From assembly GCA_973895155.1 (NCBI GenBank), contig OZ316891.1, positions 716,143 through 780,142 of the forward strand: 64,000 nt of DNA, written 5' to 3'. Source of the DNA: Marsupella aquatica. Taxonomy: Eukaryota > Plantae > Marchantiophyta. The position numbers were made by a program, and so were the translations under genes. Below are positions 37,934 through 50,173 of the stretch, piece after piece (the stretch's first letter is position 1; each line of letters opens with the position of its first letter). The notes under the pieces were generated by a model that searched no databases, was not told the DNA's origin, and saw nothing but the letters and a program-made list of their open reading frames with translations.

Positions 37934-39653
37934 AATCTGCAGTCATTGCCCTCTCCTACAATGCAAGCCTAATGATTTCAGAGAATCATCCAAATTATGG
38001 GCAGTTCTGGTTCTCTAAAATAGCCAAGAGGGTAGTTATCTCGCACTAAGGAGCCGGGTTGATTGAGTGTACGTATTTACCCTATATTCTCCCTATTGAC
38101 ATATTCTGAACATATATACCATACTAATCTTATAATGCTTTGTATGTGCAAAATATGGGATGATTTACGCTTCTCAAATAATTGCAACAATCTGACAACC
38201 AAGTCTGTACTTTATGGCCTCTTGCTATTGGGGTCAATAACCAGGGGATTTCACTTTTGGGGGGACACTACCTGTGTTTCCTTCCTGTGTGGCTATTGGC
38301 ACATTTGCTATCAGGTGAAAGGGCCTGTGAATGATACAAAGAGGTTAAGTTTTTTTTAGTGATTTATTTGCCAAATCAGCTGTCTCCCATACGACTGTCT
38401 GGATGACTGTACATAGATCTAACAATCATAATGTGGCCATACAAGTCAAGTACAAAAACAATGTATAATGGACCGAGGCTTCTCAATTTGCCATAAGGGT
38501 CACCTGTCCAAAATATAATACAAAACATTTGGCAGGACCAAGCAAGAATTTGTACTCACGAAAGAACTGATGAATCTTGCCAAGAATGTATTTGCATTGG
38601 CAGCACTTGTTTTATAAGTCTCTTGATGTCAATGAATTATCATCACTTGATTGTTTATACTTATGATTTTATCTAGAGGCTCGAAAACCAGCCTCCTTGG
38701 CCAGAGGGCCAGATTGTGCAGCAATTGGTATTGTTCTGTAATAATTTCCATAGGCAGTACACTCAGATTTGCAGCAATTAATTACTCACCCTAATTCTAG
38801 TGAAACAAATTTTAGGTTACACTCATGAATTCCTGTTAACTAGAAAAAAAACTTGAATGCATATTAAAGCAAAATGTTGGCCCAACGGAAAGAAGCTAGG
38901 TGGGTGCCCAGGTTCAGAATGAAAATCTTTGGCCTAGCATGCAATACTTAGATTACATTAGCCCTATTGCCCTCTCCTTGTTAGCAACACTAGTATCATA
39001 CTAATTGAAATAATGCTAACGCTAATAGGTGGGTGCTGCCCCAAATTTTGAACACATCGATGCGTGGATGCTCAGGATCTGTGAGTAGTATTGTGGCATA
39101 TTCAATCGGGATTTTCATTTGATGCCAACATCCAACTATCAAGCCGACGTCAAGGTAGCACCGCTGCTTCTGTCCTAACTAACAAGCTTAGCAAGGTCCG
39201 ATAAGTTACAGCTCCCTCTTATCGGTGAACTGCTGCAGAAACCTCTATTTACATTCGACCATGGGTGATGGGACATTTGCTCAAGAAGCTCTGGGCGGAA
39301 TTCGTTCGAGGGATTTTACACTACATTACCTTGGGTCCCAAATACGTGGTCCACGGTATGAACTAGACGGCACTTGTAATGACTGAATTTCTATGGTGGG
39401 AAAGCTACGTACGTCCTTAGTTTGTATAGTTTTCTATGTTTTGTCTCTGAAACTGCGCATAGGAAAATGCGTGCACTGACCCTATTGGAATCTCCTGAAT
39501 GATATTATACAGGGTTCTACACTGACTAGACAATGTGAATCCATAAGAGTACCGGAATCGTTGAACCTAATGAACCGCAATCACGCTAGTATATTTGAAA
39601 TAAGACAACCGGAATCTATATTTTACCACTACGATGACAATCACTGGATGCGA

Positions 39654-40658
39654 TCACTTTGCGTCAGCTAGCTTCCACCTCAAGCTTCTGACGATAAGCA
39701 TGGGGCCCTTTCCTTCCCTTTTCAATGCTTCCATTTCCTCGCAAAATTTGCACTCTTCATTTCGCCCACCACACTTCGGACATAGGTGCCAGCCCTTTGG
39801 AGGGCCCCGCCAGCTACTGGACTTCATACTACCGATGCCATCGGCTCTCAAGACCTTTCCGTCTCCCATGGGGAACTTCCACATAATTGCATGACGGAGA
39901 ATTGCGTCCAACTCTGTTTCTTTATAGTCATAAGTCTCGAACTCCATCTCCAACTCCTTCAAGCCCTTCAAGTGCCTGAAAGCGGAGCCCCAACAATTCT
40001 GATCCCATGTCACAATCTCACCTGAATTCTCCATCGCCCAATCCTCTATCATCGAATTAAAATCAGCTCCGGGCCTTTGCGGAGTTATTGCCAGAGGCGC
40101 ATTGCTCTCGTTCCACCACCAATCCCCCCTGCGGACCGTAATCTTCACCTTCTCAATGTTCCGCAAAACGCCCAATCTGCAAGTATGGGGGAAGTCGCCC
40201 TCCAGCCACGACTGCTGCGCGAAGAAATGAATCTCTTTCACGAGGGCCACCTGCTGAGGTTGAAATCGACGGAAGTAGCGCAATGCATCGCTGTAATGTC
40301 CGCGCGGTGGGCCACTTCCGTGCCAGAAAGCGTGTGTCTTGTTGCGGGGAGGGAGGTGACGGGTCTCGAGGTAGGATCGTTTGCACATCAGGAGAAGATT
40401 GATGGAGACTTTCTTCTTGCCGAGAAAATCGGGACGAGTGTAGTCTGTGTTCGTCGGGTACAACTCCGTCGGGTCGACGTACTCGGCCATTGCATAGTCA
40501 AAGATAATCTTCCGGATGTCCGGTGGAAGTTTGCCATCATAGAGTGGAGACTGCAGCTGCTGATCGAAGTCCTCCAGTTGCAAAGCTACAATCTGTCTCA
40601 CCAGCTGGTGTAGTTCATTTGGATTACTCCTGAATCGGTTTCCTCTCGCCCGAGGCAT
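39654..40658 (-). CDS. Fungal-type uncharacterised protein with F-box-like N-terminus, copy C (334 aa, intronless)
   Basis: Intact ORF; first 120 aa identical to copy B. Confidence 0.87.
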   Translation of the reverse strand: MPRARGNRFRSNPNELHQLVRQIVALQLEDFDQQLQSPLYDGKLPPDIRKIIFDYAMAEYVDPTELYPTNTDYTRPDFLGKKKVSINLLLMCKRSYLETRHLPPRNKTHAFWHGSGPPRGHYSDALRYFRRFQPQQVALVKEIHFFAQQSWLEGDFPHTCRLGVLRNIEKVKITVRRGDWWWNESNAPLAITPQRPGADFNSMIEDWAMENSGEIVTWDQNCWGSAFRHLKGLKELEMEFETYDYKETELDAILRHAIMWKFPMGDGKVLRADGIGSMKSSSWRGPPKGWHLCPKCGGRNEECKFCEEMEALKREGKGPMLIVRSLRWKLADAK

Positions 40659-43600
40659 GGTTGCCTGTTTCTCAAAGGACCAATGTACGAAATGGCAGAA
40701 GAAAACACGATACCAGTACGTAGCGCCTCAGTCAAGATGTAGACTTAAAGTTTAAGCACGGCACCTACTTCACAATTGCGATTTCATCACCAATTTCATG
40801 TCAGTAGAGTTGGGATGCCGATGCCTCGATTCTCCAGTTGTAGGTGACTAGTCACGGTGCTAATCGTACTGACTCGTTATTCTGCGTACGATTTCAATAA
40901 CCACAAGAGGCCTAATCCATTTTCTCACTATCAGTCATGGCCCCAGCATCCAAAATTGATACATGTCACTGATAGCCGAACAAGAAGGATCCAGTGATGG
41001 CGGCCGGCAAAGAAACGAAGACTTATATTACTAGCTACTTTGCTTACGACTCCGGCTCCCACAGCAAATCGTCTATCCCACAAAAGCTATCCCACGCATA
41101 CAGAAATTGCAGCATCTCTCGTCATCGAACCATGAAATCCAAGCTAGACAGTGAGTCCTAAATCTACGTCGGGGAATGCAGCATGTGGAAGCGGGTCCAT
41201 CACCTCATCTGAACAACCAAAAAGCTTGAATGTAGTGCTCTCTCTCCAGCAGTGCAGCCGGCCCTGCTATTGGGCGTACAATTGAACAGTGACACAGTCT
41301 TCGATGAAATATATGGACACAATGAGAGAATATGATGCTGCGTGGCTACTTCAATATAAACAATTATATATGTGGTACAAGATAAGGCCTAATAAGGCGT
41401 ACTGTAGATTGAACTTGGTTTCTTTATGGAAATGCCACCGACTAAAGAAACAGCCTCTGTCTAGCGCTTTTACCAAAGAGTATGTTTCGTTGACATTGAT
41501 GTACTATAGCTTGGGGAAGCATCCAAGAATCCAAGATTGATCGGGACAGCCCTATTACCAAGAATTTGCCTGGGGGTACAGTAGACCTACCTTGCAATGT
41601 GGACAATCGACCCACCCTCCTGCTCACTTCCCCATCATACTACCCTCGTAGTTTCGTACCCCAAAAAAGAGGTTTTTATTTAGAAATATACACACTTTTT
41701 ATATACAAAGGGACCAAACAGAGTACAAATGAACAAACAAAAGAGGGCCCAAGTGGACAAAACCAATAGAAAATCTACATTATTTGGTGATTTCTTAGAG
41801 TTTGAACTATTTATGAATGCAGTTGGTTGTGTAAATAATGTTAGATTTTGACTTGAGATTTACAGTTTTAGCAGTAGACTGCCCCCTACACACAAAATTC
41901 TAGAAACTTGATATGTTGTTTTGTATACACCAGTGTACTCTATGTGAAATGAGTACTACTGGTTACCCTGAGTACTTTATGAGGGAACTTGTGGTTTAAT
42001 AAGCTTTCTGAAAAAGTTTGGAGAAACTTAAACTGACATTGATTTCCTCAAACAATGACTTTCACTTTCACCTCATACATTGACATTCTAACTTCTACTG
42101 ATAGCCTTCATAACACGTTGTTATGAAATGCATGTTACAACACATGGCTCTATGATTCTGCCAAATTAGATATACCACAAATACAGAGGAAGTCTCAAAA
42201 GAGGTTTATGTTTATAGACTAGCTAAACTAAGTTTGTGGAGTATGTCCAGGGATGCCTTGTATTATTCTTGACTAGTGTATCCCTAATACTCTTTTAGAG
42301 ATTACTTTTGCCTCAAGTAACGAAGCCAAAAGTTTACATGGACTAAGGCCTTCAGAACATATGGAGCCATACACAGTCAGTGGACAGACGCATCCATCCA
42401 AGACCATGTGAATTCATTTATAAGGTTTTATGGGATGACATGTCCTAATTAGAGTAACTACTACCTGAACATAACTCATCAACCTAATGGGTAGACTGGT
42501 CAGGACTGGCTAGCACAAATAAAACTCTGTATATCTTGAAGTTCCACTACTTGACCAAACTTCACTCCGTCAACATATATAAATTCCCCACAATGACTGC
42601 ATTTGGCTGGCAACCAATTTATTTGTTAATAATAAGAAATTATGATATCCAAAACTTCCCCCTTTTCCCATTGCAATCAATCTGCAGTCATTGCCCTCTC
42701 TTACAATGCAAGCCTAATGATTTCAGAGAATCATCCGAATTATGGGCAGTTCTGGTTCTCTAAAATAGCCAAGAGGGTAGTTGATCTCGCACTGAGGAGC
42801 CGGGTTGAATGAGTGTATTTACCCTATATTCTCCCTATTGACATATTCTGAACATATATACCATACTAATCTTGTAATGGTTTTTATGTGCAAAATATGG
42901 GATAATTTACGCTTCTCAATAATTGCAACAATCTGACAACCAAGTCTGTACTTTATGGCCTCTTGCTATTGGGGTCAATAACCAGGGGATTTCACTTTTG
43001 GGGGGGACACTAGCTGTGTTTCCTTCCTGTGTGGCTATTGGCACATTTGCTATCAGGTGAAAGGGCCTGTGAATGATACAAAGAGGTTAAATGTTATTTT
43101 AGTGATTTATTTGCCAAATCAGCTGTCTCCTATACGACTGTCTGGATGACTGTACATAGATCTAACAATCATAATGTGACTATACAAGTCAAGTACAAAA
43201 ACAATGTATAATGGACCGAGGCTTCTCAATTTGCCATAAATGCCACCTGTCCAAAATATAACAGAAAACATTGGGCAGGACCAAGCAAGAATTTGTACTC
43301 ACGAAAGAAGTGATAACTTGCCAAGAATGTATTTGCATTGGCAACACTTGTTTTATAAGTGTCTTGATGTCAATGAATTTTCATCAGTTGATTGTTTATG
43401 GAAGTAGCCACACGCATGCACTTATGATTTTATCTAGAGGCTCGAAAACCAGCCTCCTTGGCCAGAGGGCCAGATTGTGCAGTAATTGGTATTGTTCTGT
43501 AATACTTTCCATAGGCAGTACACTCAGGTTGGCAGCAATTAATTTCTCACCCTAATTCTAGTGAAACAAATTTCAGGTTACACTCATGAATTCCTGTTAA

Positions 43601-44015
43601 CTAGAAGAAAAACTTGAATGCTATGAAGGAAAATTTTGCCCAACGGAAAGAAGCTAGGTGAGTGCCCAGGTTCAGAATGAAAGTCTTTGGCCCTAGGATG
43701 CATGACTTAGATTACATAAGCCATATTGTCCTCTCCTTGTTAGCAACACTAGTATCACACTAATAGAAATAATGCTAACACTAATAGGTGGGTGCTGCCC
43801 CTTAGACAAACCCAACATACAAGCAATTGTGAATTTAAAATTGTGCTCACTTAAATTTATAGGTGGGCAGCAGAAGGTGGAAGTGATCTTAGTAAACGCT
43901 TCTCCCAAATATTACTGATGAGCTTGACTGTTGTGTATCTCTTTCTTGTATAATGGGGAATCACTAAAACCATCATTAAAACAACACGAAAATAATTGGC
44001 TATGAGAACTGAGTT

Positions 44016-45261
44016 CTATCTTTTATTACTAATTGAATTAGTCTCGCTTTTTAGCACATGTAGTAGAGCTTGCGAACTTTCCAATATCTGCAAATTTGGT
44101 CCAGAAGGAAAACCATCAAGATCATCACATAGGAACTGAAGCTCTTGAATAGTAAGGATTTTGAATCAAGCAAACCACGCATGAAGGCTACTTAACAGTG
44201 CTTGGGCAGGTGTTACTACCGTACTCTAGAACAGAAATTGCATATGAAATACTCTAGAAAGCTCGAGGACTTACTTTAGAGTAGGCTGTCTCTACTTCAT
44301 GGATAGTCTTGTCATACTCATTTGTGTAAGCATACTTCCGAGAGAGACTATCATCAATTTCCGCTAACCTCTTGGTCAGAACTACCAGATCCTTTTGGAT
44401 ATTGACTTTCTCCTCTTCTTCCACTTGTAAAATTTTCTTGATTTCATCCCTCTTCTCCCTTAGCTCTTCAATTCCTGCGCTTGTTTTAATATTTTTAAGA
44501 GAAATTTTGTCAGATATTTTTCAGAAATCAATGTAAATTACGCTTTAATAGCGACCAACCTTTCAAAGTTTTTACAAATTATTCTTCTAGGCGCATACTT
44601 ACACCTTCTACACTCATGTAGTGGCAGGAATTCCAAAGTAAGTGTACGAATGATATTCAGGGTGCGGCAATGGTGAGGGCAAAGGTCAACCTAAGGGTTT
44701 ACACCCTGTTAATTATTTTGGAAATTTGCATGGAATTGAAATGGTATTACTGCGGGTATTACTGACAATGTTGTAATCGATCAACAATCTTTCAGTGGTT
44801 GATGCTACAATGGACGACTTTGTTGTGAATTATAGTGCAAACGGTCCTCTCTTGAGTTTCTTTCACCCCTTCCTTTCACCTCGATATTGATCTTGTATGA
44901 CACACAGAATAAATTTTTCTTTAATGGAGAAGAGAAGTATTAGTGTGGGGATGATAGTACTCTGAAACTGCCACAGATAATAGTATGACATTATACTCCA
45001 TCACTACCATCATGTGCTATATCCCATAATTCCGAGTATCACAAAAAATGCAATCATGCCAAAAAACTATCCAGAAATTGACATATATAGGGTGACGTAA
45101 AACTACCATAGACCACTTCAATCAAAAGCTAAGACTTTGAATCGAGAAATCTGTCTTTGAAGGAAATGTCTGAAGGAATCAAAATTGAAGAGATGGTGCG
45201 GGAGATCACGATGTATAAGTTCCGTGTTATAGTTTTGCAATGCAGCTCCTTTCAAGGCCAT
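44016..45261 (-). CDS. SSNA1: SSNA1/NA14/DIP13 microtubule and basal-body coiled-coil protein, 107 aa: complement(join(44016..44087,44275..44474,45210..45261))
   Basis: Spliced translation MALKGAALQNYNTELIHRIEELREKRDEIKKILQVEEEEKVNIQKDLVVLTKRLAEIDDSLSRKYAYTNEYDKTIHEVETAYSKILESSQALLHVLKSETNSISNKR* carries the family hallmarks GAALQNYN.EL, IEELREKR, NEYDKTI.E.E.AY.KILESSQ.LL.VLK; GT..AG introns of phase 1 and 0. Confidence 0.95.
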
Positions 45262-47175
45262 TCCGTCAAGTTGATCTTGCTCAATCCAAATCTAGTCCAT
45301 TACTCCCAACATAATCTCGTGGCTCTGAGCAAGCCTGTTGTCGGTATGTGAACATTGAATGAGTTGAATTTTCATCTGAATCCTTTGTTTTTATTCGTAT
45401 GGTCATCATTCCACATCCCTTGATTCATGGTCTTTGAAAACATTTAGACTGCAAATCTGGGTCTCGAAACTATGTCCAAATCAAGTACTTTTCTCAACAA
45501 AACAGGAAATATGTAGGCTTGGAGTTGGAAACTACCTGCAAATGCCAATCATGCTTATTTTCACACACACCTCTCAAGTCATGACAGAACAAAATAAGAA
45601 CAAAAGTAAAGATCGATTGTGTTAAAAATGAGTGATTGCACATTGATGTGATGCTCTAGTGCAGGGGTAGAAATTTCTGGGCCAATTCGTTAGGCTGTCC
45701 ACTGAAATTACGGGTCACACTACAAATAGAATCAGTGTATTGAACATCCATTTTTTTAAATTGAAAGTGGAGTCAGCTAGAGTATGAGTATCTCATTTTT
45801 ATAGACCTTTCTCCCAGCCTTGCTTCTACTTTTTCTTAAGTTACTTGAAACGGAAGGAAGGGTAAATTTCTTTGAGAAACGTAAGTAATCAACGTACATG
45901 TAAGTCACTTTGGAAGTCAGTCAAAGGTTAATAATTCATAAATGCCATCTGCAATTACATGATTGGTACGCTGCGACGGTCACCCTAATTATAATTAATA
46001 GGCTAACTTACATTGTAAGTTATAGGGCGAGGGTGTCTAAAGAGGGATTGTCACTCATTCTTGGAGTACAACTTACAATACGGTCCACTGTGCATAAGTG
46101 CACTATGTATAAGTGCATTCCGGGGTTAAGACCAAGCCGGCCATGTAGTCCCCTAATCAATATTGTGGCAATTATCTTATTTATAAATTGACCTAAAACC
46201 GCAGGTTGACAATCACTAAGTGACACATACATAAGCGTGTTTCCATCTAGAGGTTACAATGCATACATTAGATCAGCTACTACATATCAAACTGCCTAAA
46301 AAACAATGGGCGCCCAACCGGGAGACATGATCCCTCAGGCAAAAGACCCAATCATTGGGGGACAACCAAAAGGCCAAGAAAGGCCAGGAACTCCAATGGA
46401 TATTTACAAAGCATTTGATGAGTGCACTTGACAATTACATAAAGAGAGTTATGCACTTATCTAGTTGTATCACATTATATGAAAGCTCCAGTTACAAAGA
46501 ATTTGATGGGTAGAATGTGCACTGTCTAATAGAGTATTGCAACTAAGGGGCACTTTACATAAGGGGGTGATAGCAGTTCCAGGGGAGAGTTTTTTTAATC
46601 CATTAAATTTTGTTCATCCATGATTGACAACTTACATGTGGCAACTGCATTGTTACAAAATACTTCCAGTTTCAGGAAAAAGGATTGGAACTTGAGGGCT
46701 CTTTTCCAAACTCTTTTCAAAAGCTTTTCATCCATAACACAAGGCTTGGGAATCCAGATCCTTGAGTTCTGGATGAGAAGCTTGTGACAAGAGCTTGGGA
46801 AAGAGCTTTCTAATGATGCCACATTGCCTAGTCAAAGTTTGACAGATAGGTTGAGAATCATCCTCACAAAGTCCTTGGTCTCCATGGTCCAGGAGATAGT
46901 GCTTAGAACCATCACATGTTGCTTACTTTTTCTCTTACAACTTGGGAATCCATGACAGCATGATTCCATCATTAGGTTCAAGGCAGAGGGTCATCCTGCC
47001 TAGCCTTTTCTAGTGTCGAAAATATGCCAAGTTCCCCCTCACCCAAAAGGCTCAACTACTTACAGCAGAAATGGTCTCCATTAGCCACTTTCTCACCTAG
47101 CCAAAGACCCCATTAGCCAGAATCTGATGTTTACCCTTAAAACCAGGGAGATCTAGCTGCCAGAAATTTATTGAG

Positions 47176-47345
47176 GAAAATCATACAAGAATTCTTCTTA
47201 GCATCTTCTTGTTCTTATTCTTAGGATCTTTCAGAAAAATCATATAAGAATTCTTCTCAGCATTTTCTTGTGCTTATTCTTAGGATCTTTCAGAAAAATC
47301 ATATAAGAATACTTCTCAGCTTCTTCTTGTTCTTATTCTTAGGAT
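47176..47345. repeat. ~59-bp tandem repeat x3
   Basis: AAAATCATAyAAGAATwCTTCTyAGC..TTATTCTTAGGAT repeated three times. Confidence 0.9.
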
Positions 47346-49204
47346 GTTGTTGTTCACACAAGGTAAGAGTAGCCACCCCGGCTAAACAGGAAAAACCTTA
47401 AGAATTGCCGAATTCGCTGACCCTGTCTTCGATTTCTTAGCCGAGGTTGTTTTAAATATAATCATTTGTTTTACTCAACAATTGTTCATCATTTTTGGCG
47501 TGCAACGAGTCTCACCTAGCCTCTACAGGCCCAACAAAAGAGAATATAGTTCGTTAATTTCTTCTCGAACAGTGGGACTGGACTGCCTTAGCTTCAATTT
47601 TTCAAGCTGTTAATTGTGGATTTCGAAGTGAGACACAACTTTCAGGAGCATTTCTGTTTCAATAGCTTTGAGACTGACTGAATTCGACTCGAGATCAGAG
47701 ATCTTCCACCACATCGATCGATTCGTCGACCACGGGCGGCATTGAATCGGACCGAGGGTGAGATTGACCACTTACTTAATCAGACAGGTAATTTAATGTT
47801 ACCTTACCACCTCCGACTCACAAGACCATCCAGAAACATCCATGTACCAATCTTGCTTGCAGAAGAATGTGCGCTTAGAATGTGCGCTTGATTGACAGTC
47901 ATCTCCCTCCGCGTTGCCTCTTCAAGAAAACTGCATTAATTTCTATAATTGGCCTCAGTCTCAAGCTTTTCAGACTTGGAACTTTCCATGGGTTTTGCGT
48001 GGGGTGCTGCAAATGGTCAACAACAGACCGAGATGACTTTCTTTGTATAAAGCTGCGAAAAAGCAAGACGTTCATTGATGCATTGATGTGTCGGCCGTGA
48101 TAGGAGTAATTATGGACAATGTCATACAGACTACAGACTATGAGTCGCGAGGTACTGAATTCCCAAGCTCAGGGTTTAGGGTACACTGCAATGGACTCAA
48201 TCCGCCATGGTAGGATCTTGGAAATGTATAGGCGAAATCTTTCTTCACTGTAGTCACTGACTCTAGACCGTAACTGCAGCGCTGCCCGACTCCACTATCG
48301 ATGCGTAGTCAGTAGCAATAACGTGTGTCTAATAAGGCAACATAGTGGTTTGAAGTGGTCGCCAACTTCGCCGCCTGTTCAATCGCTCACTGCTGCCAAA
48401 TTGCAGTTGCCTGCTGAGCAGGCATCAAGGTACCATGACAATCTACGGGTCCCGGTAATCGTACATGAAAGTACATCGGTCGGAAAATTGGTTAACCTGT
48501 ACGCAAATTCCACGTATGCTGCCGCGTTTTGATGGGCGTATACCAGAAAAGGACATTCTGAGTGCGTGATTTGAGAATGTTTGTGTTCCGGTGTAAACAA
48601 TGTCTGAATTGCGATCTGGAGCACACGAATCGCAAAAGTGTCAGTCCCTTGAAATTTCGAGACCCGCTAAATTCAAGGAGCAGGTTTCTGGTCTTCTGGC
48701 TATTGAACGGGTCAAAGTCTCACAAGCGATCGATTTTTGATGGACATGTCAGATGCTTGAAGACTTGTTCTGCCTGACACGCCAGTACAACAGACTGTTT
48801 GAAGCAGCAAGCTCTGGTTCTGAGTGCAGCGAGATCAGACGCCATGCAAGCGCTTGATCGAACCATATATCCGCATCATTCGTCTTCTTTTGTCGAAGTC
48901 CCAGGTATACTTCACACTGCCAGAACTCGGTTGTGATCATTCGATTCTACTCGTCACTGGTTTCCAAACTGCATGTACAAGTAGCTGAATCTATACAATC
49001 TGGTACAGTGATTCGATAACGCCGGCCAGAAGGAAGAAATATGCCTGAAGCGCATATGAGGTTGGACTTCATGGAATGAATTAACCAATAGCTTCCGTCA
49101 CGGATCTGCAGCATTCGAGCCGTATAGTGTAGAGAGTTCGGTTCGTTCAAGAGCAAACAGTCATAATACGTTCGTGCGGCCTCGGTCTCAAGCAGCCGTC
49201 CAGG

Positions 49205-50173
49205 ATGCGTAATATTTCCCCAGGGCGGCTCGCGACCTTCGCGCTGGTGCTTCAGCTGGCATTTGCCACAGGCGCTGTTGCGCTTCTGGCCAACAATGCC
49301 ACCAGCAAGCGTGCCGTGTATTACTACCAGACCAACTTTTCTAGTGGAGATAATGGCACTGACCTCATCTCGCTCCTACCGCTCATCTCGAAGGAGAACC
49401 GCGACAAGCAGGGAAAGCCATTCACAACGGACGTGCTGGTAGGCGCGTTCCATCTTGGACCTCAGGCCGACAGGACGGCCATCCATCTCAACGGGCTACC
49501 TCCAAGCAACTCGATCTTCGCTCCCCTTTGGAACGAGACCGCGACGCTGCAGAGCAACGGTGTAAACGTCAATTTATTTCTCGGTGGCTACCAGGACCAG
49601 TCGTTTGTGAATCTCGCTTCAAATTTCAGCTACTACTATCCAATCCTGAGGCAGACCCTTCAGACCTACAACTTCAACGGCATCGACCTTGATGTAGAGG
49701 ACAGCTCCGAAACCACAGCACAGATGGAGACACTTATCCTTCAACTCCGGTCTGACTTTGGGCAGAAGTTCGTCATAACCCTCGCACCTGTTGCGACTGA
49801 TCTGATGGGCTTGGGTGGGCTTTCGCTAATCAACTACAAACAGCTTTTCATCGACGTAGGCTCCAACATCAGCTGGTTCAATGTGCAGTTCTACAGCGGC
49901 TTCGGGACGCTAGAGAACCCTACTGACTACACAACCATTGTAATCAATAACACCTTTCCAGCGAATGTTGTCGTCGGCGGCATGATGGCGAATCAAGCAA
50001 ACGGAGCTGGTTATGTTAATGTCACAGAAGTGGAAAAAACTGTGCAATCGCTCGTCCAGCAATTCCCGAACTTCGGTGGGGTTGCCGCATGGGAGTACTT
50101 CAATGCAGATCCCGGAGGGACAGCCGACCCAGCCGAATGGGCCACTTTCTTCGGCAAGGCAATGGAAGAATAA
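49205..50173 (+). CDS. Secreted glycoside hydrolase family 18, microbial CTS3/endo-beta-N-acetylglucosaminidase-like subgroup, 322 aa, intronless
   Basis: Hydrophobic signal peptide; catalytic FNGIDLDVE (DxDxE); subgroup motifs YYQT, AFHL..IHLN, ITLAPVA, ISWFNVQFYSGFG, FGGVAAWEYFNADPGG; eight N-X-S/T sequons. Confidence 0.92.
   Translation: MRNISPGRLATFALVLQLAFATGAVALLANNATSKRAVYYYQTNFSSGDNGTDLISLLPLISKENRDKQGKPFTTDVLVGAFHLGPQADRTAIHLNGLPPSNSIFAPLWNETATLQSNGVNVNLFLGGYQDQSFVNLASNFSYYYPILRQTLQTYNFNGIDLDVEDSSETTAQMETLILQLRSDFGQKFVITLAPVATDLMGLGGLSLINYKQLFIDVGSNISWFNVQFYSGFGTLENPTDYTTIVINNTFPANVVVGGMMANQANGAGYVNVTEVEKTVQSLVQQFPNFGGVAAWEYFNADPGGTADPAEWATFFGKAMEE

Larger units (their letters stand above)
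25049..43801. repeat. Tandem triplication of a ~4.8-kb unit: A 25049-28269 (3'-truncated), B 28270-39038 (5'-truncated, carries copia), C 39039-43801 (complete)
   Basis: Unit start CCCAAATTTTGAACACATC at 25049 and 39040; unit end AATAGGTGGGTGCTGCCCC at ~39042 and ~43801; B restarts at AACCTAATGAACCGCAATC (equivalent to 25579). Confidence 0.92.

Noticed and set aside
44575-44620. ATG AGT GTA GAA G as SSNA1 exon 1
   Set aside because: The exon at 45210-45261 supplies the conserved GAALQNYN motif in the correct phase.
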